A DNA stretch of 64,000 bases from Parcubacteria group bacterium. GTDB taxonomy: Bacteria; Patescibacteriota; Minisyncoccia; Moranbacterales; UBA2206. The notes beneath the pieces were generated by a model that was not told where the DNA came from, did no database searches, and worked only from the letters and a program-made list of their open reading frames with translations. The position numbers and the translations under genes were made by a program. This document shows, piece by piece, positions 19,565-31,098 of this stretch (positions are counted from its first letter, which is position 1; each line of letters begins with the position of its first letter). Where the stretch lies: NCBI GenBank assembly GCA_041659505.1, contig JBAZYF010000001.1, forward strand, positions 566,712-630,711, written 5' to 3'.

Positions 19565-19873
19565 ATGAGAAAAGAATTTAAGATTCTTAGCTGGGTTGCT
19601 GTTGCTGCGGTCTTCTTGATTGGTATTGGCTATGGCATCTCCCTTGTTAGTTTAGACAATCAAGAAAGAGTTTCGAAGATTGTCCATCAAGGAAAGGCGG
19701 AAGCTCCATATATCGATATAAATAAGAAGCTCAAGAATGATTTGGCCAACGCCAAGATGCTTCTTATGGTTATCGAAGATCGGAAACTCGAAGGCAAACC
19801 CTATTCCGCTTCTGAGGAAAAGGAGCAGCAACAGTTTGTTGCAGATCTCCAGGCAGTTTTGGAAAAAAGGTAA
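19565..19873 (+). CDS. hypothetical membrane-anchored protein
   Basis: N-terminal TM, AAGGAGAGG SD, promoter at 19478, terminator after. Confidence 0.65.
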   Translation: MRKEFKILSWVAVAAVFLIGIGYGISLVSLDNQERVSKIVHQGKAEAPYIDINKKLKNDLANAKMLLMVIEDRKLEGKPYSASEEKEQQQFVADLQAVLEKR

Positions 19874-20040
19874 CTAACGCCCTGAACCTAGGGCGAGCAA
19901 CGAAAAAATATGAGGGGATTTCTGGAAACCAGAGACCCTCTTTTATGATGGAAAAATTTTACAGATTTAAAAATTGATGTTAGCTTGGAAATAGGCTATT
20001 TCTAATCGTTTTTTAAACTTTAATCATAAAGGAGGCGGTT

Positions 20041-20208
20041 ATGAACATTGGCGCGGTTACGGTGGGATTGTTTGTGCTTGCGGTAGGTTTTCTCATAGTT
20101 CCTTTATTGAAAAAGGCGTGGAAGGATTTTTATTATGAAGAAGATGGGGATTTTCCGGTCAGTGATGATATTAATGCTCGAATAACAGAGATGGATTGGC
20201 AAAGATAG
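20041..20208 (+). CDS. 55-aa single-TM small protein (not in ORF track)
   Basis: AAGGAGG SD; MNIGAVTVGLFVLAVGFLIVPLLKKAWKDFYYEEDGDFPVSDDINARITEMDWQR; terminator at about 20246-20288. Confidence 0.6.
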   Translation: MNIGAVTVGLFVLAVGFLIVPLLKKAWKDFYYEEDGDFPVSDDINARITEMDWQR

Positions 20209-20314
20209 GAGTATGTTTACAAATAGGATGGTAAATGTGGACATAGGGGAAGTTGGCTTATTGAAACCAACTTCCCTCATTTTTTTTCTAGGGCAGTTGT
20301 GCTAAACTAACAAC

Positions 20315-21121
20315 ATGCTCAAAAAAACCAAAATTCAAATAATAACAAGTGTGGCTTTAGGCGTCATTTTGATTGGGGCTTTTTTTTATTTTCATAAAGC
20401 TGGTGAAAATAAAAAAGTAGAGCTTAACCTGGCGCAAAATAGTGAGGAGCAAAAGCAAGAGATGGTTGAAGAAAATATTAGTAATCAAGATAATAATGCT
20501 GATATTCCGGAAAAGGTGGACCCGCTTTCGCTAACCTCCTCCGCTGAAGAGCTACGGCGGGTCGAGGAGCTACAGCGTGGCGAAGGAAAAGACACCAAAG
20601 TCGTAGATAATTCATCAACTGCTGATGCAAGTGGTGAGGCGGAAGCGCCGAAAGTGACCAAGCTATCCATTGCAAATCGACTTGTTTCTTTCGGATTTCA
20701 AGCGTCTTCGGAGCGGAAAATCGACACGATTATTATTCATTCGTCCTATGATGCAATTGGTGATGATCCATATTCGGTTAGCGGCGTAATCGCGGAATAC
20801 AAGAGCTATGGCGTGTCTCCGCACTATCTGATTGATCGCAAGGGCAAAGTGTACCGACTTGTCGAAGACAAAAATATCGCCTATCATGCGGGAGAGAGCA
20901 AGATGCCGGACGGTCGCACGGGCGTGAACGCGTTTTCCATCGGGGTGGAGATGCTCACCACTAAAAAAGATAAGTTGACCAGTGCGCAATATTCCGCGCT
21001 GAAACTGCTTATTGCGGATCTCAAGGGGAAATATAAAATCGGTGATGTCTTGGGGCACAATCAGATTGCACCGGGCAGGAAGGATGATCCTTGGAATTTT
21101 GAGTGGAATAAATTGAAATAA
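20315..21121 (+). CDS. N-acetylmuramoyl-L-alanine amidase (Amidase_2/AmpD-like), membrane-anchored
   Basis: IIIHSS, VSPHYLI, AYHAG, NAFSIGVE, GHNQIAPGRKDDP. Confidence 0.92.
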   Translation: MLKKTKIQIITSVALGVILIGAFFYFHKAGENKKVELNLAQNSEEQKQEMVEENISNQDNNADIPEKVDPLSLTSSAEELRRVEELQRGEGKDTKVVDNSSTADASGEAEAPKVTKLSIANRLVSFGFQASSERKIDTIIIHSSYDAIGDDPYSVSGVIAEYKSYGVSPHYLIDRKGKVYRLVEDKNIAYHAGESKMPDGRTGVNAFSIGVEMLTTKKDKLTSAQYSALKLLIADLKGKYKIGDVLGHNQIAPGRKDDPWNFEWNKLK

Positions 21122-21122
21122 T

Positions 21123-22199
21123 ATGCTCAAGAGAAAAAAAATTTCTGTTTCTTTGCCTATTTTAAAAAAAGTTCCCTATCGGACATTTCTTGATATGCCT
21201 GCCAAATTGGCTGGCGTGCCAATGTTTTATACTGTATTTTTCAGTCTTGGTTCTTTGAATGCGGAGCATTTTAGTAATCTTTTTTTATCTTCGCCAAAAA
21301 GGTATGAGAAGAAAAGTGTTGAGGGAGTTTTTCAGGAGGTTAAAAATTTTCGGCAGTTGGAAAAATTTTATAAAACATATTGGCACAAGCTATCAGACGA
21401 AGAAAAAATTGCATACGGACTTATTTTGTTGCATGCTAATTTTTCTTCTTGGCTTACTGACGGGATTTATGAAATTATGATAGATTGTCCGCCTTCCGGT
21501 TTTAATGTGGAGAGTCAAGTTTCGGTGGAAAAATTACCAACGCTAGAGATTATAAAGAAAAAATCAACAGCTGCCTTTATGGGTGCAGATAAGGATATTT
21601 ATGATTTTATAGAGAAGATTATGAAAGAGCTGGCAGTGATAATTTCTAAAAATAGAGAAATTGTGAAGGCGGTGCATAGGAGGGAAATGAGGCGAATAAT
21701 GAGTTTTACAAATTTTTATGAGTTGATGCAAAATTCTATATTGCAGCTTCTCTATAGTCATCCAGGAGTATCTCGTTTTCAAAAGCCAGTTTCTGAAATA
21801 TTTTTCAAAAATATCGGGCATTCTATTTCCAAACCAAAGAAGTATTATCTTTTTCCGAAAAAAGAGAGAAGAGGATTGGTGGGGTTGTCAGCCTCTCCTG
21901 GAAAAGTTGTGGGGGTCGCAGTAGTGTATAATTGGCTGAATAGTGCTCATGAAAAAATCAAAAAAGGAAATATTTTAGTTTGTCCAAAAACTGATCCGGC
22001 CTGGGTTTCGCTTATGCGTAAGGTTTCGGGTGTGATTACTGAAAGTGGAGGCGTGCTCTCGCATGCAGCTATTGTCGCGAGAGAGCTTGGGATACCTTGC
22101 ATCGTTGGTCTTTTTGGCGCAATGAAAAAAATAAAGAGTGGTGACTTGCTGAAGATGGACGCTGATAGAGGGACAGTTAAAATTATTAAGAAAAAATAA
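21123..22199 (+). CDS. PEP-utilising enzyme mobile (phosphohistidine) domain protein
   Basis: GLSASPG..TESGGVLSHAAIVARELGIPCIVG. Confidence 0.85.
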   Translation: MLKRKKISVSLPILKKVPYRTFLDMPAKLAGVPMFYTVFFSLGSLNAEHFSNLFLSSPKRYEKKSVEGVFQEVKNFRQLEKFYKTYWHKLSDEEKIAYGLILLHANFSSWLTDGIYEIMIDCPPSGFNVESQVSVEKLPTLEIIKKKSTAAFMGADKDIYDFIEKIMKELAVIISKNREIVKAVHRREMRRIMSFTNFYELMQNSILQLLYSHPGVSRFQKPVSEIFFKNIGHSISKPKKYYLFPKKERRGLVGLSASPGKVVGVAVVYNWLNSAHEKIKKGNILVCPKTDPAWVSLMRKVSGVITESGGVLSHAAIVARELGIPCIVGLFGAMKKIKSGDLLKMDADRGTVKIIKKK

Positions 22200-22202
22200 G
22201 CT

Positions 22203-22484
22203 ATGCAAATCATTATCGAAATCAAAAATAAAATCACCAAACTGATCCTCAAGGATGGCCAAAAAACTGTTGACGAGGTGGTTTTTGGGGCGGAGGAAAA
22301 TATTTCCGAAAAACTGTTGCCTAATTTTGACGTGCTGCTCAAGAAAAATGAGTTTACTTTAGAGGATATTGCTAATGTCGAGGTGGAAACTGATTTGGGC
22401 GACACTTTCACGTCCCGAAGAATCGCCGAAGCGATGAAAAATGCTTTTCTATGGACTAAAAAGAACAAAAACCAGAAAATTTGA
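22203..22484 (+). CDS. truncated TsaB-like protein
   Basis: SEKLLP.FD.LL..LEDI..GDTFTSRRIA resembles the TsaB N-domain (GPGSFTGLRIG). Confidence 0.6.
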   Translation: MQIIIEIKNKITKLILKDGQKTVDEVVFGAEENISEKLLPNFDVLLKKNEFTLEDIANVEVETDLGDTFTSRRIAEAMKNAFLWTKKNKNQKI

Positions 22485-22556
22485 CAATTTTACTAGAAAA
22501 GACTATTTTTTCTAGTCACAGTTCGTTTTGTTAACATCCAAGGGGAGGGCACGGCT

Positions 22557-22850
22557 ATGAAAAAAGTTTTAAGTGGTAATGGCGGTTTTCCTGATAATGC
22601 GGTAGAAATTATAGTTTCAGGAATCAATAGGCTTTTAAAAAAGCCAACCGCCGATGAGATTGCTTGCCATCGCGAATGGGAAGCGGGGGATTTTCGAGAC
22701 GAATACCAATGTCTCGAAAGGGAAAATAAAATTCTCAAAAAGACAATTTCCGCGTTGGAAGCGGAAATTACGCTTCTCAAAAAAGATAACGCTGAATTAA
22801 AGGAGGTGGCTGACGACCTCCTGGGCGAAATCTTTGAAGCAAGTGGGTAG
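22557..22850 (+). CDS. hypothetical coiled-coil protein
   Basis: Heptad C-terminus, GGAGGG SD, own promoter and terminator. Confidence 0.6.
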   Translation: MKKVLSGNGGFPDNAVEIIVSGINRLLKKPTADEIACHREWEAGDFRDEYQCLERENKILKKTISALEAEITLLKKDNAELKEVADDLLGEIFEASG

Positions 22851-22919
22851 ATGTTAAGGCTAATCAGAGCCGCAATCTGCCAAAACCGCCGGTCAACAAA
22901 CCGGCGGTATTATTTTTGC

Positions 22920-22949
22920 TTGACACAAATTTCTAAAATAGTGTATAAT
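22920..22949 (+). promoter_or_regulatory. sigma70 promoter of rpoBC
   Basis: TTGACA-18-TATAAT. Confidence 0.65.
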
Positions 22950-23203
22950 ACTGTTGTAATGAAAAAAAGCACAACTATACTTTCTTAGATTTTTGCGTCC
23001 GCTAAAAAAATAGCGGGTGGCTTGCTTTATTTTTGATGTTGTGCAATACTGATTTTAGTGCTTATTTTACTTGAAAATAACTTCTCCACCTACCATGGGG
23101 AATTTGAAATTTTGAATAAAAAGAATTAGGTAAACTTAATACTTTAATATAAATCTCATTTAAATTATTATTTCTCGGGTGAGAATAGAGAAATAATAAG
23201 GCA

Positions 23204-26200
23204 ATGAGCACTATTTGTATGCTTAAAGACTCCAAGAGTTTAAAGGTAAAAGATGCCTTTGGTTCGCAATCTTCTCTGTCCAAGAGAAAATTTTTCAAAT
23301 CAATGTCTATGGTATCTTTGCCAAACTTGATTGAGGTTCAGTTGAATTCCTACAACTGGCTCCTAGAAAAGGGTCTCAAAGAGCTTTTGGATGAAGTCAA
23401 CCCGATTGTGGACTTTACCGAAAAAGATTTGGAGCTGTCTTTCAAGGAATATTACTTGGACGAACCGAAATACAACGAAGTGGTGGCGAAGAATAAAAAT
23501 ATTTCCTATGAAGCGCCACTGCGATGCAAGGCGCAACTTCTCATCAAAAAAACCGGAGAGGTGAAAGAGCAGGAAATTTATCTGGGAGACTTTCCGCTGA
23601 TGACTGATCGAGGAACCTTTATCATCAACGGCGTGGAAAGAGTGGTGGTCAGTCAGATCATTAGAAGCCCCGGTGTATTTTTCTCGATGGACTACCAAAA
23701 AGGCAAGAAATTGTTCGGTGCGAAAATTATTCCTAATCGAGGAGCGTGGCTGGAAATTGAGACGGACACGGAAGGCGCGATCTATGTAAAAATTGACCGG
23801 AAAAGAAAAGTAGCGATTACTTCACTTTTGCGGGCTTTTGGTTATGGCACTGACGCGAAACTTTTGGAACTTTTCAAAGATGCCGACAAGGGTGAAGTTT
23901 CTTTTATCGAGGAGACAATTAAAAAAGATATTGCGAAAAGCCAGGGAGAAGGTTACAAGGAAGTTTACAAAAGAATCCGTCCGGGAGATCTCGCAACAGA
24001 ATCAAACGCCAAGCAAGTGATTGACTCGATGTTTTTTAGTTTTGAAAAATATGACTTTGGAGCTGTGGGACGCTACCGCTTGAACCAAAGACTTGAAGTG
24101 GAAGCGCCCAATGATGAATTGCATCGCGTTTTGACTCACGACGATTTGATCCGCATCATCAAAGAAATCATCCGACTGAACAATGATCCGATGGCGATTG
24201 CTGATGATATCGATCACCTGGGAAACAGACGCGTGCGCTCGGTAGGAGAGTTGGTGCAAAACAAATTGCGTGTCGGCTTTGCCAGAACTGTGCGAAACAT
24301 TAAAGACCGGATGAGTACCTGCGACATGGAAACCGTCGTCCCAGGACAATTGGTCAATTCTCGCCCAATTGCTGCTTCGATCAAAGAATTTTTTGCTAGC
24401 TCGCAACTTTCGCAATTTATGGACCAGGTCAACCCGTTGGCCGAGCTTGAGCATAAGCGTCGTATCAGTGCGATGGGACCAGGCGGACTCACGCGAGAGC
24501 GCGCCGGTTTTGAAGTGCGCGACGTGCATCATTCTCATTATGGCCGGATCTGCCCGGTGGAAACTCCGGAAGGACCGAATATTGGTCTCGTTGGACATCT
24601 CGCAACGTATACTAAAATCAATCAATATGGTTTTCTAGAAACTCCTTATCTACGGGTATATAAGGAAGTCGACAACAATGAAGAGAAATTGACGAACCGA
24701 ATTTTAGATGAAGAAGTGGAAGGTTTGGCAGTTGGAACTCTTTTGGATGAGACAGCGCTTAAAACAGTCTTGAAATCAAAAGCGAAAACGATCAAAGTCA
24801 AACCATTTGTGAGCCACGACATCGACTATATCAATGCGACAGTGGAAGATCGCAAAAACATAACGCACGCCGGAATTAAGATGGATGAATTTGGGAATAT
24901 TTTGGACGCCGTTGTTGGTGCTCGCGTAAAGGGCAACACGACTGAAATTGAAGCGACAAAATTAGACTATATCGATGTTTCTGCCAAACAATGTATTTCT
25001 GTGGCAACTTCGCTCATTCCATTCTTGGAGCACGACGATGCTAACCGTGCACTCATGGGAAGCAATATGCAACGCCAAGCTGTGTCTTGCGTAAAACCAC
25101 AAGCTCCGCTCGTGGGAACCGGCATTGAAGACAAGGCGGCAGTTGATTCAGGACAAGTGGTGGTGGCGCGCGCCGCAGGAGAAGTGACAGAAGTGGACGC
25201 GGATCATATTATTATTAAAGAAGAAGCTCCAGTGGGAGCAAAAAAACCTTTTCTCAAACGCGATTATCATTTGCAGAGTTTTGTTAAATCCAATGCCTTC
25301 ACCTCGATGAATCAAGTGCCACGCGTGGCGAAGGGTGATGTGGTGAAAAAGGGACAACTTTTGGCTGACGGTGCTTCGACTGATCACGGTGAGCTATCGC
25401 TTGGACAAAACATTGTAGTGGCTTTCATTCCGTGGGAAGGTTCGAACTATGAAGACGCGATCATCATTTCTGAAAAATTGGTGCAAGATGATCGCTATAG
25501 TTCGATCCATATTGAAGATTTTTCAATCGATGTGCGTGACACTAAGCTTGGACCGGAACTCATCACTCGTGATATTCCAAACATTGGTGAAGAGCGCCTC
25601 AAAAACTTGGATGAAACGGGAATTATTGTGATTGGAGCCGAAGTCGCTTCTGGCGATATTCTCGTCGGAAAGATTTCTCCTAAAGGTGAAGGTGATTTGA
25701 CGAGTGAAGAAAGATTATTGCGAGCAATTTTTGGAGAAAAATCAAGGGATGTCAAGGATAGCTCGCTCTATCTTCCCCATGGAGAATATGGCAAAGTGGT
25801 GGATATTAAAATCTTTTCTCGTGAACAAGGCGACAAACTTTCGACCGGTGTGATCCAGCAGATCCAAGTTAGCGTCGCTCAGCTCAAAAAAATCTCCGTT
25901 GGAGACAAGTTGGCCGGACGTCATGGAAACAAAGGTGTCATTTCTCGCATCGCTCCTGTTGAAGATATGCCATATCTGCCAGATGGAACTCCAGTGGATA
26001 TGATTCTCAATCCACTCGGTGTCGCTTCACGTATGAACATCGGACAAATCTTGGAAACGCATCTTGGTTGGGCAGCGCTGAAATTGGGCTACAAAGCCGC
26101 GACTCCTGCGCTTGAAGGTGTGACCGAAAAACAGATCAAGGAAGAACTCAAAAAAGCCGGACTACCAGAAAGTGGAAAAGTGCGTTTGGTAAATGGACGC

Positions 26201-26641
26201 TCAGGAGAAAAATTTGATAATGATTCGACGGTGGGTGTGATGTATGTAATGAAACTCCACCATTTGGTCGATGACAAGATCCATATGCGATCGATCGGAC
26301 CATACTCTTTGATTACACAGCAACCACTGGGAGGTAAAGCTCAATTTGGAGGCCAGCGTTTTGGAGAAATGGAAGTGTGGGCGCTGGAAGGTTATGGCGC
26401 ATCTTACACTTTACAAGAAATGCTCACGATCAAATCAGATGACCAGATGGGACGATCAAAAGCCTATGAATCAATCATTAAGGGTGACCCGATCAAGAGT
26501 CCGAATGTGCCAGCTTCTTTCCATGTGCTGGTCAGTGAACTGAAAGGTCTTGGGCTGAATGTTGAACTGAATGAAACCAGTGCTGATGGGAATGAGGATG
26601 TGGATGAAGTGCGCGTGAATCAGGATGATGAAAGTATTTAA
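23204..26641 (+). CDS. rpoB: RNA polymerase beta subunit
   Basis: GDKLAGRHGNKGV, GGQRFGEMEVWALE, RICPVETPEGPNIGL; true start may be 23219. Confidence 0.99.
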   Translation: MSTICMLKDSKSLKVKDAFGSQSSLSKRKFFKSMSMVSLPNLIEVQLNSYNWLLEKGLKELLDEVNPIVDFTEKDLELSFKEYYLDEPKYNEVVAKNKNISYEAPLRCKAQLLIKKTGEVKEQEIYLGDFPLMTDRGTFIINGVERVVVSQIIRSPGVFFSMDYQKGKKLFGAKIIPNRGAWLEIETDTEGAIYVKIDRKRKVAITSLLRAFGYGTDAKLLELFKDADKGEVSFIEETIKKDIAKSQGEGYKEVYKRIRPGDLATESNAKQVIDSMFFSFEKYDFGAVGRYRLNQRLEVEAPNDELHRVLTHDDLIRIIKEIIRLNNDPMAIADDIDHLGNRRVRSVGELVQNKLRVGFARTVRNIKDRMSTCDMETVVPGQLVNSRPIAASIKEFFASSQLSQFMDQVNPLAELEHKRRISAMGPGGLTRERAGFEVRDVHHSHYGRICPVETPEGPNIGLVGHLATYTKINQYGFLETPYLRVYKEVDNNEEKLTNRILDEEVEGLAVGTLLDETALKTVLKSKAKTIKVKPFVSHDIDYINATVEDRKNITHAGIKMDEFGNILDAVVGARVKGNTTEIEATKLDYIDVSAKQCISVATSLIPFLEHDDANRALMGSNMQRQAVSCVKPQAPLVGTGIEDKAAVDSGQVVVARAAGEVTEVDADHIIIKEEAPVGAKKPFLKRDYHLQSFVKSNAFTSMNQVPRVAKGDVVKKGQLLADGASTDHGELSLGQNIVVAFIPWEGSNYEDAIIISEKLVQDDRYSSIHIEDFSIDVRDTKLGPELITRDIPNIGEERLKNLDETGIIVIGAEVASGDILVGKISPKGEGDLTSEERLLRAIFGEKSRDVKDSSLYLPHGEYGKVVDIKIFSREQGDKLSTGVIQQIQVSVAQLKKISVGDKLAGRHGNKGVISRIAPVEDMPYLPDGTPVDMILNPLGVASRMNIGQILETHLGWAALKLGYKAATPALEGVTEKQIKEELKKAGLPESGKVRLVNGRSGEKFDNDSTVGVMYVMKLHHLVDDKIHMRSIGPYSLITQQPLGGKAQFGGQRFGEMEVWALEGYGASYTLQEMLTIKSDDQMGRSKAYESIIKGDPIKSPNVPASFHVLVSELKGLGLNVELNETSADGNEDVDEVRVNQDDESI

Positions 26642-26659
26642 AGCCGATTCGAAACCAAA

Positions 26660-26742
26660 AACCGATGCGAAACTACGAATGAATGCGAATCTACGAAATA
26701 GAACCGATGCGAATTAACGAATGAATGCGAATCTACGAATAG
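26660..26742. repeat. two tandem ~42-bp copies built from (T)ACGAAT/GCGAAT units
   Basis: AACCGATGCGAA..ACGAATGAATGCGAATCTACGAA(A)TAG x2. Confidence 0.8.
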
Positions 26743-26821
26743 GAAAAATAGTAAGGCGTTTAAAAATTAATAATTCGTATGTCCCCCGTTCGTAGTGGGG
26801 GTTCGCGAAGCGAATAACTTT

Positions 26822-29800
26822 ATGATGGATTCAATCACTAACACCAAGACCAGCAATTTCTCCAGCGTGCGGCTGAAAATTGCCAGCCCGGAGGAAATCT
26901 TGGAATGGTCCAATGGCGAAGTAACGAAGCCGGAGACGATCAACTACCGGACTCAGCGTTATGAAAAAGATGGACTATTCTGCGAGAAAATTTTCGGACC
27001 TTCCCGGGACTGGGAATGTTATTGCGGAAAATATAAACGCATCCGCTACAAAGGCATTGTCTGCGACAAGTGCGGAGTGGAAGTGACCAGAAGCGTCGTG
27101 CGACGTGAACGGATGGGGCACATCAAACTTTCCGTGCCGGTTTCACATATCTGGTTTTTGCGGGGCGTGCCATCAAAAATTGGTCTGGCGCTGGGAATGG
27201 GTGTGCAAGATTTGGAGCGCGTGATTTATTTCTCGAGCTATGTGGTTTTGAGCGTGGACGAAGCAGAAAAGGAAAAAGCGCTGGCTCAGATCGAGCAAGA
27301 AGTGAAATCCAAGCAGAAAGAACTGGAAAAGAATTTTCAAGACGAAGAAGATAAGAAACGAACTAAATTGGAAGGACTGAAGGAAATCTACCGTAGTTCT
27401 AAGGAAGAATTGAAGGGTCTGCGTAAATATCAGATTATTTCCGAAATTGAATATTTCAATCTTTCTTCTCGTTATGGACAAGTCTTCACCGCCGGAATTG
27501 GCGCGGAAGCGATCAGAAAACTTTTGTCAGAATTGAATATGGAAGAGGAGATCGCTAAATATAAGGCGATGCTCGAGAGCGAGGAAGAAATCGCGGACAA
27601 GAAAAAAGTGATGAAGCGGATCAAACTGTTGAATGGTTTGGTGAACGCTAAACTCAAACCAGAGTGGATGCTGCCTGTCGTTATCCCTGTTATCCCACCG
27701 GATTTGCGACCGATGGTGGCCTTGGACGGAGGACGTTTTGCGACTTCTGACATTAATGACCTTTATCGTCGCATTATTAATCGCAATAACCGGTTGAAAA
27801 AACTGATGGAAATTGGTGCACCGGAAGTGATTACGAGAAACGAAAAGAGAATGCTGCAAGAAGCGGTGGATGCTCTTTTTGACAATAGCGCGCGAAAATC
27901 ACAAGTCAGTGTGGCGGCTTCAACTGGACAACGCAGAGCTTTGAAATCCCTGGCGGACACTTTGAAAGGTAAACAAGGTCGTTTCCGTCAGAACCTTTTG
28001 GGAAAACGCGTCGACTATTCCGGACGAAGTGTGATCGTGGTCGGACCGAAATTGAAATTGCACCAATGCGGATTGCCAAAGAAAATGGCGTTGGAACTTT
28101 TCAAACCGTTTATTATCAACAAACTAATCGAAAGAGAATTGGCCTATAATGTCCGCTCAGCCGGAAAAATGGTCGAAGCAGAATCGGAAGAAGCTTATGA
28201 TATCTTGGATGAGATTATTTCGCATCATTATGTACTTTTGAACCGCGCTCCAACACTGCATCGTTTGTCGATCCAAGCTTTTCAACCGGTGTTGATCGAA
28301 GGCAAGGCGATTCAGATCCACCCGATGGTTTGCTCGGCTTTCAATGCGGACTTCGATGGTGACCAGATGGCGGTGCATGTGCCACTGACTGACAAAGCGC
28401 GTTGGGAAAGTGCCAATTTGATGCTATCTTCCAAAAATCTTTTGAAACCAGCCAGCGGCGAACCGATCATTTCTCCAACCCTGGATATGGTGCTCGGTTG
28501 CTATTACATCACCCACATTCTCGCCGGCGCGAAAGGTGAAGGCCGAATTTTTGGCTCTGCTGATGAAGCAATTATGGCGCAGGAATTGGGACAAGTTGAT
28601 GTGCGCGCGAAAATTAAGGTGCGCTTGAACGGGGAGATGCTAGAAACTTCTATCGGAAGGATTCGTCTGAATAATATTATTCCAATCGAACTGGGTTTCC
28701 AAAATTATGAAATGACCAAGAAGGAATTAAAATCCCTGGTGGCAAAAGTTTTGGAGCTTTGCGGACAAGAAACGACAGCAATCTTTGTGGATGAAATTAA
28801 AAATCTTGGTTTTGCTTCTGTCACAAAATCGGGAATCAGTTGGGGAATGGACGACTTGCAAGTGCCGACGGACAAGCAAGAGATTATGGACGAAGCAGAG
28901 ACGAAAGTGGATGTGGTTAAAAAGCAATATAATCTGGGACTTTTGACGGAAAGTGAGCGCAAAGGCAAAGTGATTGAAATTTGGAATGATACGAAAAACA
29001 AAATCACGGATCGTGTGCGTGAATCGATGGACAAAGAAGGACCAGTTTATTCGATGGTCTATTCCAAAGCCCGTGGATCAGAATCCGTGGTGGTGCAGAT
29101 GGCCGGTATGAAGGGTCTGATGGCCGGACCAACTGGAGAAACAATCGAACTGCCGATCAAGAGTTGTTTCAAAGAAGGAATGAATGTGTTGGAATATTTC
29201 ATCTCCACTCATGGCGCGAGAAAAGGTATGGCGGACACTGCTCTTCGAACAGCGACTGCCGGATATCTGACGCGCCGTCTCGTGGACGTGGCGCAGGATG
29301 TGATTGTGCGTGAAGAGGATTGTCATGACACTGAGGGAGCATATATTTACAAAGAAGATTCAGATCGCATTGGACAAAATTTTGCCAGTCGTTCCGTCGG
29401 TCGTGTGCTTTCGGAAGATATCTTGGACGCCAAAGGCAAAGTTGTTTTGGAAACCGGCAAGATGATCACCAAAGAAGACGCGGAATTGATTGAAAAAGCC
29501 ATGCCGGAAAAAATCAAGATCAGAACTGTCGCGACTTGCAAAACTCCGCGCGGAGTTTGTCAGAAATGCTATGGAATGGACTTGGGACGGGGACATTTGG
29601 TGGAAGTTGGACAAGCAGTGGGAATTGTGGCCGCGCAAGCGATTGGCGAGCCAGGAACCCAGCTCACTATGCGTACTTTCCACATTGGAGGTATTGCCGG
29701 ATCGGACATCACCCAAGGTTTGCCTCGTGTGGAAGAAATTTTTGAAGCGCGTCCTCCAAAGGGAGAAGCGATCATTTCGGAAATTGATGGTAAAGTGACG

Positions 29801-30415
29801 GAAATTGAACACACTGACAAATCCGTAATTGTAAAAATTGAATCGACTGACACGGTGGATCTGGTCAAGGAATATCAAATCTCAATCGGCAGTACTTTGA
29901 AAGTCGCCGTGGGAGATCTTGTGGTCAAGGGAACACAACTCAGCGAAGGTCACATTGATCTGCGAAAACTCTATGAAACAATGGGACGAGAAGCAGTGCA
30001 TCGCTATATCACTCGGGAAATTCAAGATGTGTACGCATCGCAAGGTGAAGGCATCAATGACAAGCACATTGAAGTGATCGTGCGCCAAATGTTCAGTCGC
30101 GTTTCAATTGTGACGGAAGGCGACAGTGACTTCTTGCCTGGAGATATTTTTGAAATCGATGAGTTTAATGAAGCTAATTTGCGCGCGAAAGCCAAGGGTG
30201 GCGAAGAAGCGACTGGTGAGCGGATTCTTTTGGGAATTACAAAAGTAGCTCTTTCCACGGAAAGCTTCCTTTCCGCAGCGTCCTTTCAAGAAACTGCTCG
30301 CGTGCTCATCAATGCCGCTGTTTCTGGCAAAGAAGACAAATTGCGTGGTCTCAAAGAAAACGTAATCATCGGAAAATTGATCCCAGCGGGAACTGGCTTT
30401 CATCGGCAAGACTAA
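26822..30415 (+). CDS. rpoC: RNA polymerase beta' subunit
   Basis: [12 protein letters not shown] catalytic motif, Zn finger, [13 protein letters not shown]. Confidence 0.99.
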   Translation: MMDSITNTKTSNFSSVRLKIASPEEILEWSNGEVTKPETINYRTQRYEKDGLFCEKIFGPSRDWECYCGKYKRIRYKGIVCDKCGVEVTRSVVRRERMGHIKLSVPVSHIWFLRGVPSKIGLALGMGVQDLERVIYFSSYVVLSVDEAEKEKALAQIEQEVKSKQKELEKNFQDEEDKKRTKLEGLKEIYRSSKEELKGLRKYQIISEIEYFNLSSRYGQVFTAGIGAEAIRKLLSELNMEEEIAKYKAMLESEEEIADKKKVMKRIKLLNGLVNAKLKPEWMLPVVIPVIPPDLRPMVALDGGRFATSDINDLYRRIINRNNRLKKLMEIGAPEVITRNEKRMLQEAVDALFDNSARKSQVSVAASTGQRRALKSLADTLKGKQGRFRQNLLGKRVDYSGRSVIVVGPKLKLHQCGLPKKMALELFKPFIINKLIERELAYNVRSAGKMVEAESEEAYDILDEIISHHYVLLNRAPTLHRLSIQAFQPVLIEGKAIQIHPMVCSAFNADFDGDQMAVHVPLTDKARWESANLMLSSKNLLKPASGEPIISPTLDMVLGCYYITHILAGAKGEGRIFGSADEAIMAQELGQVDVRAKIKVRLNGEMLETSIGRIRLNNIIPIELGFQNYEMTKKELKSLVAKVLELCGQETTAIFVDEIKNLGFASVTKSGISWGMDDLQVPTDKQEIMDEAETKVDVVKKQYNLGLLTESERKGKVIEIWNDTKNKITDRVRESMDKEGPVYSMVYSKARGSESVVVQMAGMKGLMAGPTGETIELPIKSCFKEGMNVLEYFISTHGARKGMADTALRTATAGYLTRRLVDVAQDVIVREEDCHDTEGAYIYKEDSDRIGQNFASRSVGRVLSEDILDAKGKVVLETGKMITKEDAELIEKAMPEKIKIRTVATCKTPRGVCQKCYGMDLGRGHLVEVGQAVGIVAAQAIGEPGTQLTMRTFHIGGIAGSDITQGLPRVEEIFEARPPKGEAIISEIDGKVTEIEHTDKSVIVKIESTDTVDLVKEYQISIGSTLKVAVGDLVVKGTQLSEGHIDLRKLYETMGREAVHRYITREIQDVYASQGEGINDKHIEVIVRQMFSRVSIVTEGDSDFLPGDIFEIDEFNEANLRAKAKGGEEATGERILLGITKVALSTESFLSAASFQETARVLINAAVSGKEDKLRGLKENVIIGKLIPAGTGFHRQD

Positions 30416-30438
30416 AAGTTAAAATAGCCGTAATTTTC

Positions 30439-30470
30439 AAAAAGCACCTTGAGAAATCGAGGTGCTTTTT
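30439..30470 (+). terminator. intrinsic terminator of rpoBC
   Basis: AAAAAGCACCTTGA..TCGAGGTGCTTTTT. Confidence 0.8.
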
Positions 30471-30571
30471 GGTTGTATTATTTTGAAAGTTGGATTATAC
30501 TGATAAATAATAATAGGATAATCTAGATTTAATAATTTATCAAGAATAGATTTCTTACTTCCTCAAAAGCT

Positions 30572-30970
30572 ATGGAAAAAAAAATGAATAAAACTACAAA
30601 AAAGAAGATCCTGATTATTGAAGATCAACAGGTTTTTATTGATATGTTTGGAGGTAAATTGAAACAAGATGGCTTTCAAGTTTCTGTGGCGATGAATGGA
30701 GCGTGGGGCATCAAAGAAGCGTTGGAAAATGACTTTGATCTTCTAGTGATTGACATGGTGATGCCTGCAATGAACGGAGAAGAGATTGTGGCGAAATTAA
30801 AAATAGAAGAGAAAACGAAAAATCTTCCCATTATAGTTTTGTCAGCTTCGGTTGATGAGGAAGCGCAAAAACGCGTTGAACAGATGGGTATCGTAGTCTT
30901 TTTTATCAAAACGCATATTACGCCGAGTGATCTTTCGCGTAAGATTACAGAAATCTTGAATCCTGCTTGA
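30572..30970 (+). CDS. response regulator receiver protein
   Basis: ILIIEDQ, LVIDMVMPAMNG, PIIVLSA, FIK. Confidence 0.9.
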   Translation: MEKKMNKTTKKKILIIEDQQVFIDMFGGKLKQDGFQVSVAMNGAWGIKEALENDFDLLVIDMVMPAMNGEEIVAKLKIEEKTKNLPIIVLSASVDEEAQKRVEQMGIVVFFIKTHITPSDLSRKITEILNPA

Positions 30971-31098
30971 CTTTTCCGAATTTGTGGTGTATACTATAAA
31001 GGTAATAAAGAGAGCGGGTGAGCCCGCTTTCTTTTTATTTTAATCAAAAATCTCTGTGATCGGGAGCTTAATTCTCGAGCAGGGACAAAAACAAAAAT

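Noticed and set aside
26660-26742. Possible mini CRISPR array
   Set aside because: Two adjacent repeats with no unique spacers and no cas genes.
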